A stretch of DNA of 63,999 nucleotides, counting the filler, from Limisphaerales bacterium (lineage in GTDB: Bacteria > Verrucomicrobiota > Verrucomicrobiia > Limisphaerales > SIBE01), in NCBI GenBank assembly GCA_044225505.1. It is 4 parts of 4 records of this genome, joined end to end, with 100 filler letters (N's around TTAATTAATTAA, not from the genome) between each part and the next. Parts side by side here need not be neighbours in the genome. Positions count along the whole stretch, not along the records: positions 17,910 to 35,491 come from JBGAIN010000169.1; 3 more parts are not named here. The stretch is one strand, 5' to 3'. A program made the translations under genes and the position numbers. Shown here in pieces: positions 21,405 through 32,400 of this stretch; position 1 is the first letter of the stretch, and each line of letters starts with the position of its first letter. The notes beneath the pieces were generated by a model. That model was not told where the DNA came from. It made no database searches and saw only the letters and a program-made list of their open reading frames with translations.

Positions 21405-21866
21405 ATGATCGACGATGCAACCATTCTCGTTGCAGATGACAGCTCCGACGATTCTGAACTCCTCAAACGGGCTCTCCGCAAAGCGGGCTTTACCAATCCA
21501 GTTCGTTCTTTCCGCGACGGCCTCGACCTGATCTCCTACTTGAACGGAATGTTGCTTTCGGAGAATCCGGAAGAACCGTTTCCTCTTCTCCTGTTTCTCG
21601 ATCTTGGAATGCCTCGCTGCGATGGGTTCCGAACCTTGGAATGGCTGCATGAACACGCGCCGCTACGGAGCTTGCCCACAATCATCTTCAGCAACTCGGA
21701 CGAGGCCGTTGACATTCAACGCTCGTTCCGTTCCGGCGCGAATGGGTATTGGATCAAGCCCTCCCGCTTTGAAGACCTTGTGACGATGGTCCGGCAACTT
21801 CGGGAGGTCCTGAGTGTCGTGACGACCAAAGTCGAGCTCGAGTTCCCGATGCTCGTTGCGGCGTAA
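21405..21866 (+). CDS. Single-domain response regulator (CheY-like)
   Basis: ILVADDS, LFLDLGMP (phospho-Asp), GANGYWIKP. Confidence 0.88.
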   Translation: MIDDATILVADDSSDDSELLKRALRKAGFTNPVRSFRDGLDLISYLNGMLLSENPEEPFPLLLFLDLGMPRCDGFRTLEWLHEHAPLRSLPTIIFSNSDEAVDIQRSFRSGANGYWIKPSRFEDLVTMVRQLREVLSVVTTKVELEFPMLVAA

Positions 21867-21948
21867 GCTGGGCTCAATTCCCTTCGTTCTTAGCGCGTCG
21901 GGCACACTGTGGGTTGCCTGTCGCCCAGGCTCTCGGTAACGTCGCTCC

Positions 21949-22560
21949 ATGTCCGAACCATCCTTAAAGGTCATGGCCGTCGTGGCGAGTTTGAAGAAAA
22001 ACAACTCTGTCACAAGGACGGTGACCCGTCATGTCGCGGCCGAACTGACCGCCCGAGGTTGTACGGTCGATTTGCTTGATCTTCTGGAGGAACCGCTCGC
22101 GCTCTACAACCCAGAGCTTGCTTATCAAGCTCATTCCTTTCCCGAGCTCAAAGCGCGTGTGGAAAAGGCCGACGTCTACGTTTTGGGCACACCGGATTAC
22201 CACGGCAGCATCAGCAGCACATTAAAGAACTTTCTCGACCATTTCTGGCACGAATTCGCCGGCAAACTCTTTGCCAGCATTGTCGCCTCCCACGAGAAAG
22301 GACTGACCGTCACGGACCAACTTCGGACTGTCGCCCGTCAGTGTTACGCGTGGTCATTGCCCTACGGTGTGGCATGCGTCGATCGCGAAGAGGTCAAGGA
22401 CGGTGAGGTGATCAGCAGCGCTGTTCGGCATCGGCTGGAGATGTTCGTGCGCGATGTCGCCGTTTACGGGCGATTGCTCGCACAGCAACGCCACGCCGAC
22501 CTCGCAGGAACCGACCCGGGCCTTATGGCGCGCCATCGCAAACGAACCTCAGGGCACTAA
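21949..22560 (+). CDS. NADPH-dependent FMN reductase
   Basis: LGTPDYHGSISSTLKNFLD flavodoxin-like motif. Confidence 0.88.
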   Translation: MSEPSLKVMAVVASLKKNNSVTRTVTRHVAAELTARGCTVDLLDLLEEPLALYNPELAYQAHSFPELKARVEKADVYVLGTPDYHGSISSTLKNFLDHFWHEFAGKLFASIVASHEKGLTVTDQLRTVARQCYAWSLPYGVACVDREEVKDGEVISSAVRHRLEMFVRDVAVYGRLLAQQRHADLAGTDPGLMARHRKRTSGH

Positions 22561-23667
22561 CGTCCCGTCTTCTGTAACTCGAATCATTCGGTGGCTAGCG
22601 CCGTCGGTAATTGAAGCTTCGTAGACTGTCTTTCCGTTTAGCGTGCCGCGCGTCACGGTATCGATGGATCCCGACTTCGCCTGAGCACGCAAGGCAGTTT
22701 GAGCCGCCAACGGAACTTGCCGGAATCCGAGCTTTTGCGGGTTTAGGAGCTCACTGAGCGACGAGCGGCTCGCGGTCAAACCTTGCCAACTGGGAGCTTG
22801 TCCCACGGCCACGGCATTGGTGCTGGCCGGCGGGGTGAACCGAGCCAGGAAACTCGCGTTCGGCTGATCTTTGAGGAGAGAACCGTCTTCCGCCACCCTC
22901 AATTCAATATTCTCGCCATTGTGCTTGAATGCTGCTTCGTAAACAGTCCGCCCTTGTACCGTCCCTTTATCAATATCTTCGATCTCCGCGCCCCGAGCCA
23001 TGGTTCGGAGCCTGTTTTGCACCGCCGCGGGCGTCTGGGCAAAAGTCACCTTGGTCGCTGCCGCCAGAGGAACACGCGCCGAGGTCGATGCGACCGCTTG
23101 GGTGCCATTGATAACTTGACCTTGAGCGTCGACCAGAAGTTCCACCGGCTTCCCATCCCGCTTGAAGGCCACTTCATAGGTCGTCCGCCCATTCTTAGTC
23201 ACGGCATCGATGTCCTCGATCGCCGCATTCCCAGCTTGGCCACGCACACTGTTTTGCACCGCCGTCGGCAAGTCGGCAAACGTGAGCTTCCTCGCTCCAT
23301 CCGGAGTGGACGGTGTGGACTGCGCGGACGGAGCGGTCCCAGTGGTCAGAATGGTTCGGGCAGACTGTGCCGCAACCATGCTCTCAGGCTTTATCCATGA
23401 GCCAGCTTCCGAAATGTAAATCGGCTCGCGCTTCGCGTTCTTGGATCGGATCTCGTAAACAGGGATTCCGTTGCGCGTCACCTTTTGGATAAGCGCAATA
23501 CTATTGGCACCCATTTGTGCCGACGCGGCCCGCTGCACCGCTGGAGGCAGTTGCCCGAATTCCACTTGCTGCGCCTGGGTAAGCCAGAGCGTACCAGTCA
23601 ACAGGCCAAAGCATGCCGTTCGAATGAGAGAATGAAACTGCATAAAGTCGAAGCTCCTTCTCTTCAT
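22549..23667 (-). CDS. Exported protein with four PepSY-like repeats
   Basis: Signal peptide; four LP.AVQ...I..I.K.T.NG..VYE...V..DG units. Confidence 0.8.
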   Translation of the reverse strand: MKRRSFDFMQFHSLIRTACFGLLTGTLWLTQAQQVEFGQLPPAVQRAASAQMGANSIALIQKVTRNGIPVYEIRSKNAKREPIYISEAGSWIKPESMVAAQSARTILTTGTAPSAQSTPSTPDGARKLTFADLPTAVQNSVRGQAGNAAIEDIDAVTKNGRTTYEVAFKRDGKPVELLVDAQGQVINGTQAVASTSARVPLAAATKVTFAQTPAAVQNRLRTMARGAEIEDIDKGTVQGRTVYEAAFKHNGENIELRVAEDGSLLKDQPNASFLARFTPPASTNAVAVGQAPSWQGLTASRSSLSELLNPQKLGFRQVPLAAQTALRAQAKSGSIDTVTRGTLNGKTVYEASITDGASHRMIRVTEDGTLVP

Positions 23668-23809
23668 TCAACACTCAATGGGGAGTTTTCCAACGGGGCG
23701 GAGGCCTGATTGTGCGTTCAGGCCATGGACGACCCGTGCCGCTGGATTCCTTGAACGCTGCCGCGATCAAGGCAGAAGACGGTCCGCCCTGACTGAAGTG
23801 GAACGAGGC

Positions 23810-24961
23810 TTATCGAGCCCCGACTCTGAGCGCTTGGCTTTGCAGCGCTGCGTATAAGATTCCGCCATAGACCGCCGCGTTTTCGCCGCAAGCTCCAGGG
23901 TAAATCAACACCTTCGGATCGTCCGAATCACGAAACGCGCGATTCGCTTCAAACCCCTCGCGGATCGCCTCCAGGCAACGGTCGAGAATCCCTGCACGGG
24001 TCGTATACGCGCCAGGGCAACAGTAAACGGGCGATTTATACGTGCGGTGGAACTCCGCCAGGATCATTCCCACGATCATCATCTGCACTCGAATGACCTT
24101 CCACGCTTTGGCATCACCGCGCTCCGCGCGATCCAACAAACTCAACGCCAGCTTGCGCGCGTCCGACTCACCCGGCCATTGCCCAGCATCCATTTGGCTC
24201 TTCACTAATGCCACCAACCCGTCGACGCACGCCGGGGTCTTCTCCAAGCAAATACCTGGGTTACCACAGCCACATTTGGGAAAGTCCACCACGGTATCGA
24301 CGCCAGCGAGGCGGCAAAGCGCGGCCGGATCGCAGCTCCGATGCCCTTCTTCAGCTCCTTCCCCTTGCTCTCCTTTCCAGGCCATGCCTCCGAGCATCGC
24401 ACCGAAAGCCAATCCCGTCCCAGGGCAGACCGTTATAAAGGTCGAAGAAGGCGCCACAAGCTCCGCCATGACCGCTGAGGCCCACTCGCCCAGGTTGAAA
24501 AACATTCCGTCATTGCCGACCACCACCACGGGATTAGATACGCCCCGTCGGGTCAGCACATCGATGATATCCTGGCGAAAACAGCGGCGCCTCCACAATT
24601 CGCTCCCACGATTGGTGATCCGGAGGACTGTGCCAGTCATCGAGTTGGTCGGCCCGCACATCGCCGCCGAAAAGAAACGGTAGTCTCGGAGCGTCCGCCC
24701 GGATTTTGCCGCCAGGGCGACCCATTGGTCCGCGATGGTTTCGGCGAACTTCTTCGGGCCATCCGCCCACGGAGACGGTTGCTGCAATGTATCTTTCGTC
24801 AGCAGTGTAAACCCCTGTGTTTCGCCGATCTTGAACGTTGTCCCGCCCAGGTCGGCTCCCAACCCGCCCAACTGTAAAAATTGTTCGTCGCAAAACAGAC
24901 CCGGTTTAATTTCTTTCATCGATGACATGGATTCGGACGCTAGTTGTTGACAGAGGGTCAT
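23810..24961 (-). CDS. ROK family sugar kinase-like protein (divergent)
   Basis: DLGGT, GND, PGTGLAFG, EEGH and the CGCGNPGICLE Zn motif. Confidence 0.75.
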   Translation of the reverse strand: MTLCQQLASESMSSMKEIKPGLFCDEQFLQLGGLGADLGGTTFKIGETQGFTLLTKDTLQQPSPWADGPKKFAETIADQWVALAAKSGRTLRDYRFFSAAMCGPTNSMTGTVLRITNRGSELWRRRCFRQDIIDVLTRRGVSNPVVVVGNDGMFFNLGEWASAVMAELVAPSSTFITVCPGTGLAFGAMLGGMAWKGEQGEGAEEGHRSCDPAALCRLAGVDTVVDFPKCGCGNPGICLEKTPACVDGLVALVKSQMDAGQWPGESDARKLALSLLDRAERGDAKAWKVIRVQMMIVGMILAEFHRTYKSPVYCCPGAYTTRAGILDRCLEAIREGFEANRAFRDSDDPKVLIYPGACGENAAVYGGILYAALQSQALRVGAR

Positions 24962-25377
24962 TTCCGACCTCGGCCACGATGGCAGAGTGTGGTTTCGACA
25001 CCGAAGCTGTCAAGCCGGGACCCGAGGAGCAGATCGCGGAGGGCATGAATTAAAGTGGGTGAGGTCAGCCGCAATATATTCCACGGGGCGCGGCTATGGC
25101 GAGTCCGACGAACCTAGCCGCAGCAGCGCCGCATCCGCGAAAACACCTCGTGTGGTTCGAGGAGCTCTTGAAAAGGCGGAAATTCTGCGGCTGGTCTGAC
25201 GACACAGCCGCGGTCCTTAATCTCACCCAATTTTAATCACACCCGATCGCGGAATGATGAGGCTTAGAGCTTAGATTTGGTATGGACCGAAACGCGTCAT
25301 TCGATCCACCGGAAGCCTCGATCGGCGGAGTGCGCCTGGAATCATCCGTCTCGTCCTCCCAACTAGTGTGGTGGCCG

Positions 25378-25983
25378 CTAAGTCCTTGCACTTTCGCGGC
25401 GAGGGATTTTGCGACCCTTCCCGGGCGCCTCTGGCATGTTTAAGGTCAGCTTCACGGCCAGTTTTCGCATTGTGGTCACGTTGCGCATTGTCATGGTCGG
25501 CAATCGAAGGTTTTTCATTTCCGGCAAGGCCCAGACGATCGAGTCGGAAGAGCGCCCGCGACAGAGCCAGTAAAACTCGCTCCCGAACACCCGAAACTCG
25601 TCGGCCGCTGTCTTAATCGCCGCCAGACGCTTCGCCAGGTCCGCTGGCAAGGCCTGCGGCAGCATCCCAACATGGATCGTGACGCCTGTCCCCTCCGACT
25701 CCGGAAAAACCTTCCGATTCGCAATCTCCACAACTTGCGCGGTCGTTCGGACAAATGTATCCACGGGATACCCAAGCGCCTCTTCGAGATGGTCGGCGAT
25801 ATGGGTCTCCAACGTCCTCGGCGTCCGAACACTGGTTGTGAAGATCACATTGCCGCTCGCGATAAACGTCGTGACCGATTCGAACTCGAGTTCCTCAAAC
25901 AAGGCCCTAAGCCGCGCCATTTCCAACCGGCGTTTGCCCAGGTTGATTCCGCGGAGAAAAGCCACATAGCGATGGGCCGTCAT
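25378..25983 (-). CDS. DUF1697 family protein
   Basis: YVAFLRGINLG, TFIASGNVIF, TMRNVTTMRKL; start set at MTAHRY. Confidence 0.85.
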   Translation of the reverse strand: MTAHRYVAFLRGINLGKRRLEMARLRALFEELEFESVTTFIASGNVIFTTSVRTPRTLETHIADHLEEALGYPVDTFVRTTAQVVEIANRKVFPESEGTGVTIHVGMLPQALPADLAKRLAAIKTAADEFRVFGSEFYWLCRGRSSDSIVWALPEMKNLRLPTMTMRNVTTMRKLAVKLTLNMPEAPGKGRKIPRRESART

Positions 25984-26129
25984 GGGGTGCAATCTGACAA
26001 AGAATCGTTGCGCTCGCAATGCCAGGTGCCAAATGTCACCCAACCGATTAGGTGAGCTTCGGTATTAATCTCGTCGAATTCGGCAACTCACTCATGGGCA
26101 GAGACTTGTTCCCGGCCGGACCGGACTGG

Positions 26130-27527
26130 TCACGGTTTCCGCAGCCGAAAGTATTGTTGGACGCCGTTGGTGAGCGCGAGGTGGACCTGGAACAGGCCGT
26201 TCGTTGTCTCAGGGCGATTTACGATCGGTTGCCAGTCCGACTGGCCCAGGCGGGTGGACGACTCGAGCACATATCCCACAGCATTTCCCTTCCAACCTAC
26301 CGTCAGGCCGTCCAGGCCGCGGCGCCAAGAACTCAATTGAAGCGGAGGCGTGCACGCATTCAGCAGAATCGAAACGGTCCCTGGGTTGTTAACGGTGGCG
26401 AAATCCATCCCGCCGTCACCGTTCAGGTCCCCAATGGTCAACTCGATCGCGCCTGCCCCCACGGCGAACGCCGCTGCTTCCATGAACGTGCCATCGCCAA
26501 CTCCTCGGCGGACCGTAATGGCCGGTGGTCCTTGAGTTTGGCCGATAAGGTCCGCCTTCCCGTCATGATCCAAGTCCAAGGCCTCCAACTGCCCCTGGGA
26601 CCGATCAAGCTCCATTACCAGTGGCGCCTGCAATGATCCGTCGCCGTTTCCCGCGAGAATGCAAATGCGCGGCAGCTTGCCGCTGATTGCGATATCAATC
26701 TTGCCATCGCCGTTGAAGTCTGCCGCTGCGATCGACATGTCCCCAACGGCCAGCGGAGGGAGCGAGGTCGCCGCGCGATACTTTACGCCCTCGGCAAAAG
26801 CCCCTGTGCCGTTTCCTAAGAATCCCCAAACCTCGTCGGTATTGATGACAGCCACCGCCAGGTCCTCCTTGCCATCGCCGTTCAGGTCGCACACCACTGC
26901 GGACCACGGAGCGGAATCGACAGGATAGGTGTACGGTTGATCAAATGTGCCGTCCCCGAAACCGACCAAGGAGGCCACGTTGGAGTTGTCATAGACGAAA
27001 ACACCGTTCACTAACCGTCCGTTCCCGAGATTCAAGACAGCCATATCGGGTATCTGGTCATGATTGAAATCGCCAATCCTGATTGTAAGGGGCGAGATGC
27101 CACCTGTGTCCACCGATATGGGCGGTTGAAACGTAGCGTCGCCATTCCCGAGATAGACCGAGACGATGAAGCCCGTGGAACAAGCAAAGTCCATCTTCCC
27201 GTCTCGATTAAAATCGGCGGTGACGAGCCTTGTTGGGTAAAACGCCTCGAATTGATCCCGGAACTGAAAGGAACCGTCGCCGCTTCCCAGGTAGACCCAA
27301 AGGCTATCGAGTGCACCCACCACCAAATCCGGCCACCCATCGCTATTGAAATCGGCCTGTCCGATCGTTATCGCACTAACAAAATTTTCGCGCTCTAGCT
27401 TCAGGGCGGGCACGGAGACAAAATCGACGGTCGAACAGCCGTTCCAGGGTTCCGCTTGCACGTCGGCCTGCAATTGGCTGAGCATAACTATGAAAGTCGT
27501 CGCAATCGGAAGAATTCTGGGATTCAT
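26130..27527 (-). CDS. Exported FG-GAP/VCBS-repeat beta-propeller protein
   Basis: About seven DFNxDGxxD...LGNGDGxF repeats; signal peptide from MNPRIL; C-terminal W...YVLESST.L...W...QYFRL tail. Confidence 0.88.
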   Translation of the reverse strand: MNPRILPIATTFIVMLSQLQADVQAEPWNGCSTVDFVSVPALKLERENFVSAITIGQADFNSDGWPDLVVGALDSLWVYLGSGDGSFQFRDQFEAFYPTRLVTADFNRDGKMDFACSTGFIVSVYLGNGDATFQPPISVDTGGISPLTIRIGDFNHDQIPDMAVLNLGNGRLVNGVFVYDNSNVASLVGFGDGTFDQPYTYPVDSAPWSAVVCDLNGDGKEDLAVAVINTDEVWGFLGNGTGAFAEGVKYRAATSLPPLAVGDMSIAAADFNGDGKIDIAISGKLPRICILAGNGDGSLQAPLVMELDRSQGQLEALDLDHDGKADLIGQTQGPPAITVRRGVGDGTFMEAAAFAVGAGAIELTIGDLNGDGGMDFATVNNPGTVSILLNACTPPLQLSSWRRGLDGLTVGWKGNAVGYVLESSTRLGQSDWQPIVNRPETTNGLFQVHLALTNGVQQYFRLRKP

Positions 27528-27835
27528 AAACTGTTTCAGACGATGATTTGGGCCAAGAGTGATGCAGCCGCGCGACTGCGTGGTGACCGCGCTTCTGGAT
27601 GTCTGAGAATGCCGCTCACGAGTTCGCACGGATCGTTCTCTCCATCGCGTAACCACTTGGAAACACGCATTCGTTGCACGATTAAGCTTATTCTTCACGG
27701 GAGATTGGGACTGGTGTCTTGACTGTTAAAGCCCGCGCCGTGCCATCATAGAATCCGTGATTCCCCGCGATGCACTCTCTGATCGCGTCGGAACCGAGCA
27801 TAACGCAAAAGTCGGCAGCTCTGAACATCACCAAC

Positions 27836-28159
27836 TTACAGCACATGTCTTTGAAGCGGGGCCAGAATGCTTTTGCGAACTGAGGCGACTTTGCTCACGC
27901 GGGCCAGGTCCCCGTACTCAAAGATCTCCTGCCCCCGAAAAGAGAGTTGGAGGGCGGTCGTCTGTTGCGTCTTCAACCAGGCGCGGAGCACATCCAGATT
28001 ATCCTTGGAGAATCCTGCCGCCTCAGGTTTGACCTTCTCCCACTGCCCAGTCGGGAACGTTAGTGCCAGGTCTGCGGCTCCTGCCGCGCGGATTCCGCCT
28101 ACGCAGAGTGCGGTAGCGAGCGCGAAAAGCAGTTGCGTGGACATAGTGGATGAAGTCAT
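27836..28159 (-). pseudogene. Truncated serine hydrolase (beta-lactamase family) N-terminal fragment
   Basis: Signal peptide, WEKVKPEAAGF, GQEIFEYGD and SxxK (ASVRKS), then a stop after about 107 aa. Confidence 0.6.
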
Positions 28160-28292
28160 ACCGTCAGGGTTGATTGGCGTGTCGAGTCTATTCTGCTTCC
28201 CGTGGTGATAGCGATTGTGGTGCAAAACCGATTCTGAATGCCTGTTCCTTTGACCTGCAGCAGAGTCTCCAGTTAAATGGAGCGCAACACGC

Positions 28293-29495
28293 GTGGACAC
28301 GCTTGAGCACATACCTGAGCCGTTGCGCTACCATGTCGAGTTGAGGGATTACCTCAAGTCGCAGGAGCGCGACCTGTGGGACTGGTTTGCTTCGGCGCGC
28401 GCGCAGGCGGATTACACGGAGAACCTGCGCGTGGATTTGCTCAAATCCACGTATCGGCTCGACGCCGAGAGCCACCCCGAACTTTATCAAAGTGTCGAGG
28501 AGGCGAAGGCCCGATTGCAGCTGGACATTCCAGTCACCGTCTATCAGGCCCAGAATAGCCCGCAGCTGAATGCGGCGCTTTACTTCATCCCGGGCGAGGG
28601 TCACGTGGTATTTTCCGGACCGGTGCTTAGCCTTTTGAACCAGGCGGAAATCAAATCCGTCCTCGGTCACGAACTGGCCCACTATCATCTGTGGCAATGG
28701 GAGAATGGTGATCTGCACATTGCAGACCGACTAATTCACGCCGCGGCCAGTGACCCACGCGCGGCCGGGAGTCACGAACAAACCGCCCGGCGCTTTCGGC
28801 TCTACACAGAAATCTTTGCGGATCGTGGTTCGCTTTGCGTGACACGGGACGTGAATCCCGTGGTGGCCGGACTGGTCAAAATCCAGACGGGGCTGGCCCA
28901 AGTGAGCGCGCCTGGCTATTTGAAACAGGCTGAGGAAATCTTCGCCAAAGACGGGGCGGCTTCCAAGGAGCTGTCACATCCCGAAGCCTTTATCCGCGCG
29001 CGCGCCTTGTCGCTTTGGCAGAACCAAGGGCCCGACACGCCCACGCAAATTGCCAGAATGATCGAGGGAACGGAGGCGCTCGACGAACTCGATTTGATTG
29101 GCCAAGCGCGCCAGGTGAGGAACACGCGCCGTCTGTTGGAGTGTTTTCTGGCGCCGAAATGGTTTCAGACACCAGCGATAATGGGCCACGCCAGACTCTT
29201 CTTCGACGATTTCCAGCCCGCGACCGCTAAGGACGCTTCGATTGTCGATATCACCAAATTCTGCGACGCCAAGCTGCGGGAATATTGGTGCTATCTGTTA
29301 CTGGATTTCGTGACTGCCGACCCGGAGCTGGATGATATGCCGCTGGCGGCTGCGCTGGTTTTCAGCAGACAACTAGGCCTCGATGCCCAATTTGAGAAGA
29401 TGGCGGCCGAGGAACTGAAACTCAAGGCTCGCGACCTACGCAAGCTCAAGGAGCAGGCTGCCGAGATGCTGGCGCAAGCGGAGGTATCGGGATGA
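28293..29495 (+). CDS. M48-family zinc metallopeptidase (no signal peptide)
   Basis: LGHELAH (HExxH), EIFADR, SHP...R motifs. Confidence 0.85.
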   Translation: MDTLEHIPEPLRYHVELRDYLKSQERDLWDWFASARAQADYTENLRVDLLKSTYRLDAESHPELYQSVEEAKARLQLDIPVTVYQAQNSPQLNAALYFIPGEGHVVFSGPVLSLLNQAEIKSVLGHELAHYHLWQWENGDLHIADRLIHAAASDPRAAGSHEQTARRFRLYTEIFADRGSLCVTRDVNPVVAGLVKIQTGLAQVSAPGYLKQAEEIFAKDGAASKELSHPEAFIRARALSLWQNQGPDTPTQIARMIEGTEALDELDLIGQARQVRNTRRLLECFLAPKWFQTPAIMGHARLFFDDFQPATAKDASIVDITKFCDAKLREYWCYLLLDFVTADPELDDMPLAAALVFSRQLGLDAQFEKMAAEELKLKARDLRKLKEQAAEMLAQAEVSG

Positions 29496-32400
29496 GTGAG
29501 TTGAGCCAACCACCGTTCCTGACGTTTCTGGAAGCTGGCTCGGCCAAGGGTGGTTTCGAAACAGATGATGTTCTGAGCGCGGTTGTCCCGTTGATGAAGC
29601 AAGTGTTGGCCTTGCACGAGACTGGCCTGGTTGCGCCGCTGGATGGCGTTCAGGACTTGGTCGTCACGGAAGAAGGACAGTTAAGCCTTCTTCCGGCCAA
29701 GGTGAATTCTCCTGAAAAAAACTCCAGCACCGTCGAGACAATTCAGTCGAGGGTCAGTAGCGCGGTGGAAGTGGTCGCGGAAGTACGGCGCACAGCGGAC
29801 ATTGCTGAAGGTTCGCTGACCGTTTCAGATCTCGGGGTTGCCGCAGCGGGAAGCCATGTCACCAAACCGGTCTTCCTGCCGAACTATCGTTCCTGGGAAC
29901 ACCTCGTCGGGCATCACGATGAACTTACGGATATCTTCTCGCTAGGCCTTTTGCTCGCCAGCGTCGCGTGTGGACTGGATTTCAGAGACGCCAGCGAACT
30001 GGAGCTGTTCACCGCCAACCGCGCGAACCTGTTTGCCATCAGTCCGCGGCTGAATCCAGTGCTGGCTTCGACCATCGTCGCCATGACGGAGTTGAACCGC
30101 CACAAGCGGGCTCAGGATCTCGGCCAGATGATCTCGCGTTTGGAAAATTATCGCGAGCAAACAGTGGATTTCGACACGAAGGTTTTCACCCAAAAGGAAT
30201 TCCAAGAGTCGCCCATCACCGACAAGCGACGGCTGATTCAGTCGCACCTGCGCGACCGGCTCTTTGAGATTTCGCGCCGCAATCGCCTCATCTATTTCAA
30301 ACCGACGCTCCAAACGCTAAATCTCACGATTGCCTCCGTTCCAGTGTTGCTGGACTACCGCAACATCAAACTGGAAAGTCTCTTTGTCTGGCATCAAGAA
30401 CTCGCCGCCACTGTAACCGAAGGCGCACCCATGTCGCTGGGCAAATATCTGCGCTTCGAAGACGCGCCGTACATTCCCGGGGTGCTGGACAAGATTATCA
30501 GCGAAGCCCGCCGTGACCGCGCCGAGTATGGCTTCGCGCAACTGCGGCTCGTGCTGTGTTTCCTGCGCTGGCACAATCTCAAAGAAGAGAAGCACGAACG
30601 CATCCATTCGCCGCTCTTGTTGTTGCCATGCGAACTCACGAAGAAAAAGGGTGTGCGCGACAACTATCTCCTCGACCCGACCACTACTGAAGCGGAAGTA
30701 AATCCCGCGCTCCGGCATCATCTCAAGGAGCTCTACAATCTTAGCCTGCCTGAGATCGTAGATTTGAAGGAAACTTCGCTGGATCAATTCTATGAGAGGC
30801 TCAAGGCGCAGATTCAGGCCAGCGAGCCGGGAGTGACCCTGAGCAAGATCGATCGGCCACAAATTGAACTCATCCACGAGAAGGCGCGGCAACGCGTGGA
30901 TCAGTACCGGCGGCGCTTGACGCTGCAAGCGCGCAAAGCTCGCATAATGACAAAACCGGACTACAGCTACGACCGGAAGAACCTAAAGCCACTTGGGCTG
31001 CAAATTTTCCTGGAGAAAGTTCGGCCCACCCCAATGCCGCTGCGTGATGTCGCCGGTGCTCCGCCGCAACCTCGCTTGCCGCACGCCGTTGACTCAAGCG
31101 CTCCCGCTGATAACGGAAAGGTGCTGGAAATCGAGCGCCAGATGTTCGCGTTCCGCGACGGCGGCAATCAGAACCCGTATTCGTGGGACTTCGACCTCTG
31201 CAGCTTGACGCTCGGCAACTTCAACTATCGCAAGATGACGCTGGTGCGCGATTACGCCAAGCTCATCGAGACGGATATGGCCAGCGGCGCGTTCGACCGC
31301 GTGTTCTCCCTCAGCCCGAAGCCGCCCGAGGGGACACAAGTTCCGGCCCTTGAACTGGGCGATCAGCATCTGGTGATTTCCTGCGATGCGACGCAAGCCT
31401 CAGCCATCGCGCAGGCTCGCACCGGAGCCAGTTACATCATCCAAGGCCCTCCCGGCACAGGCAAATCCCAGACCATCACCAATCTCATTGCCGATTACGT
31501 CGCGCGCGGAAAGCGGGTCTTGTTCGTCTGCGAGAAGCGCGCGGCTATCGACGTCGTGTGTTCCACCGCCTGCGCCCGCAAACGCTGGATGAGCTCTGTT
31601 GGTCTCATTCACGATTCTCAGACGGACAAGAAGGCTTTCATACAAAATCTTAAGGAGACCTACGAACGGTTCGTGAGCCAGGCCGACCTTGATCCGGATG
31701 CCGAGAGAGTTCGCAGCACAACCCTGAAGGCGATGGAACAGGATCTCGCACACCTGCGTCATTTCTCGGACACGATGCGCAAGGTCCACGCGCACTCGGG
31801 AGTCGCGGTCCGCTCGTTGTTGCACCGGCTGGTCGAATTGCGCGGGCGGACGGACGAACTCGCGCCAGAGATTGAAGATCTCCTTCCGGAATATCCGCTC
31901 TGGTTGCTCCATGGGGACGTCGTTGGCCGTTTGCAATCAGCGCTCGCCGATCTGGGTGACGAACTTTGTTTCGCGAAACATCCGTTCCGCTGGCTCGGCA
32001 AAGCCGTGTTGCAAGCCGATCGTCCGCTGGAGGCCTTGTCAAAACGACTGGATGAAGCCGAGGACTTGCTGGATACCATTGAGAGCGCGTTGGAATTGTC
32101 CGGCCTGCCCGGCGAATTGTGGGACACGTTTGAGGAGATTCAGACGATCTTGGAATTTTCCGTGCGCGTCCGTCCATTAGCCGCGCGCAACCTGGTTGGG
32201 GTGCTCACCCATGGCCCGGCCGAGGCCGCTTTTGCCACGCTCGCCACAGAACTCGACAAAAAGGCCAAGGCCCTGCAAAAGGCGCACCAGAAAACTGCCG
32301 CTTGGCGCGACCCGCTTTCGCCGGAGGATACGGAAAGTGCCCTGGCTCAGGCGCAGTCCTGCGAGAAATCCATCTTCCGCTTCTTCCAACCGGCATTCTG

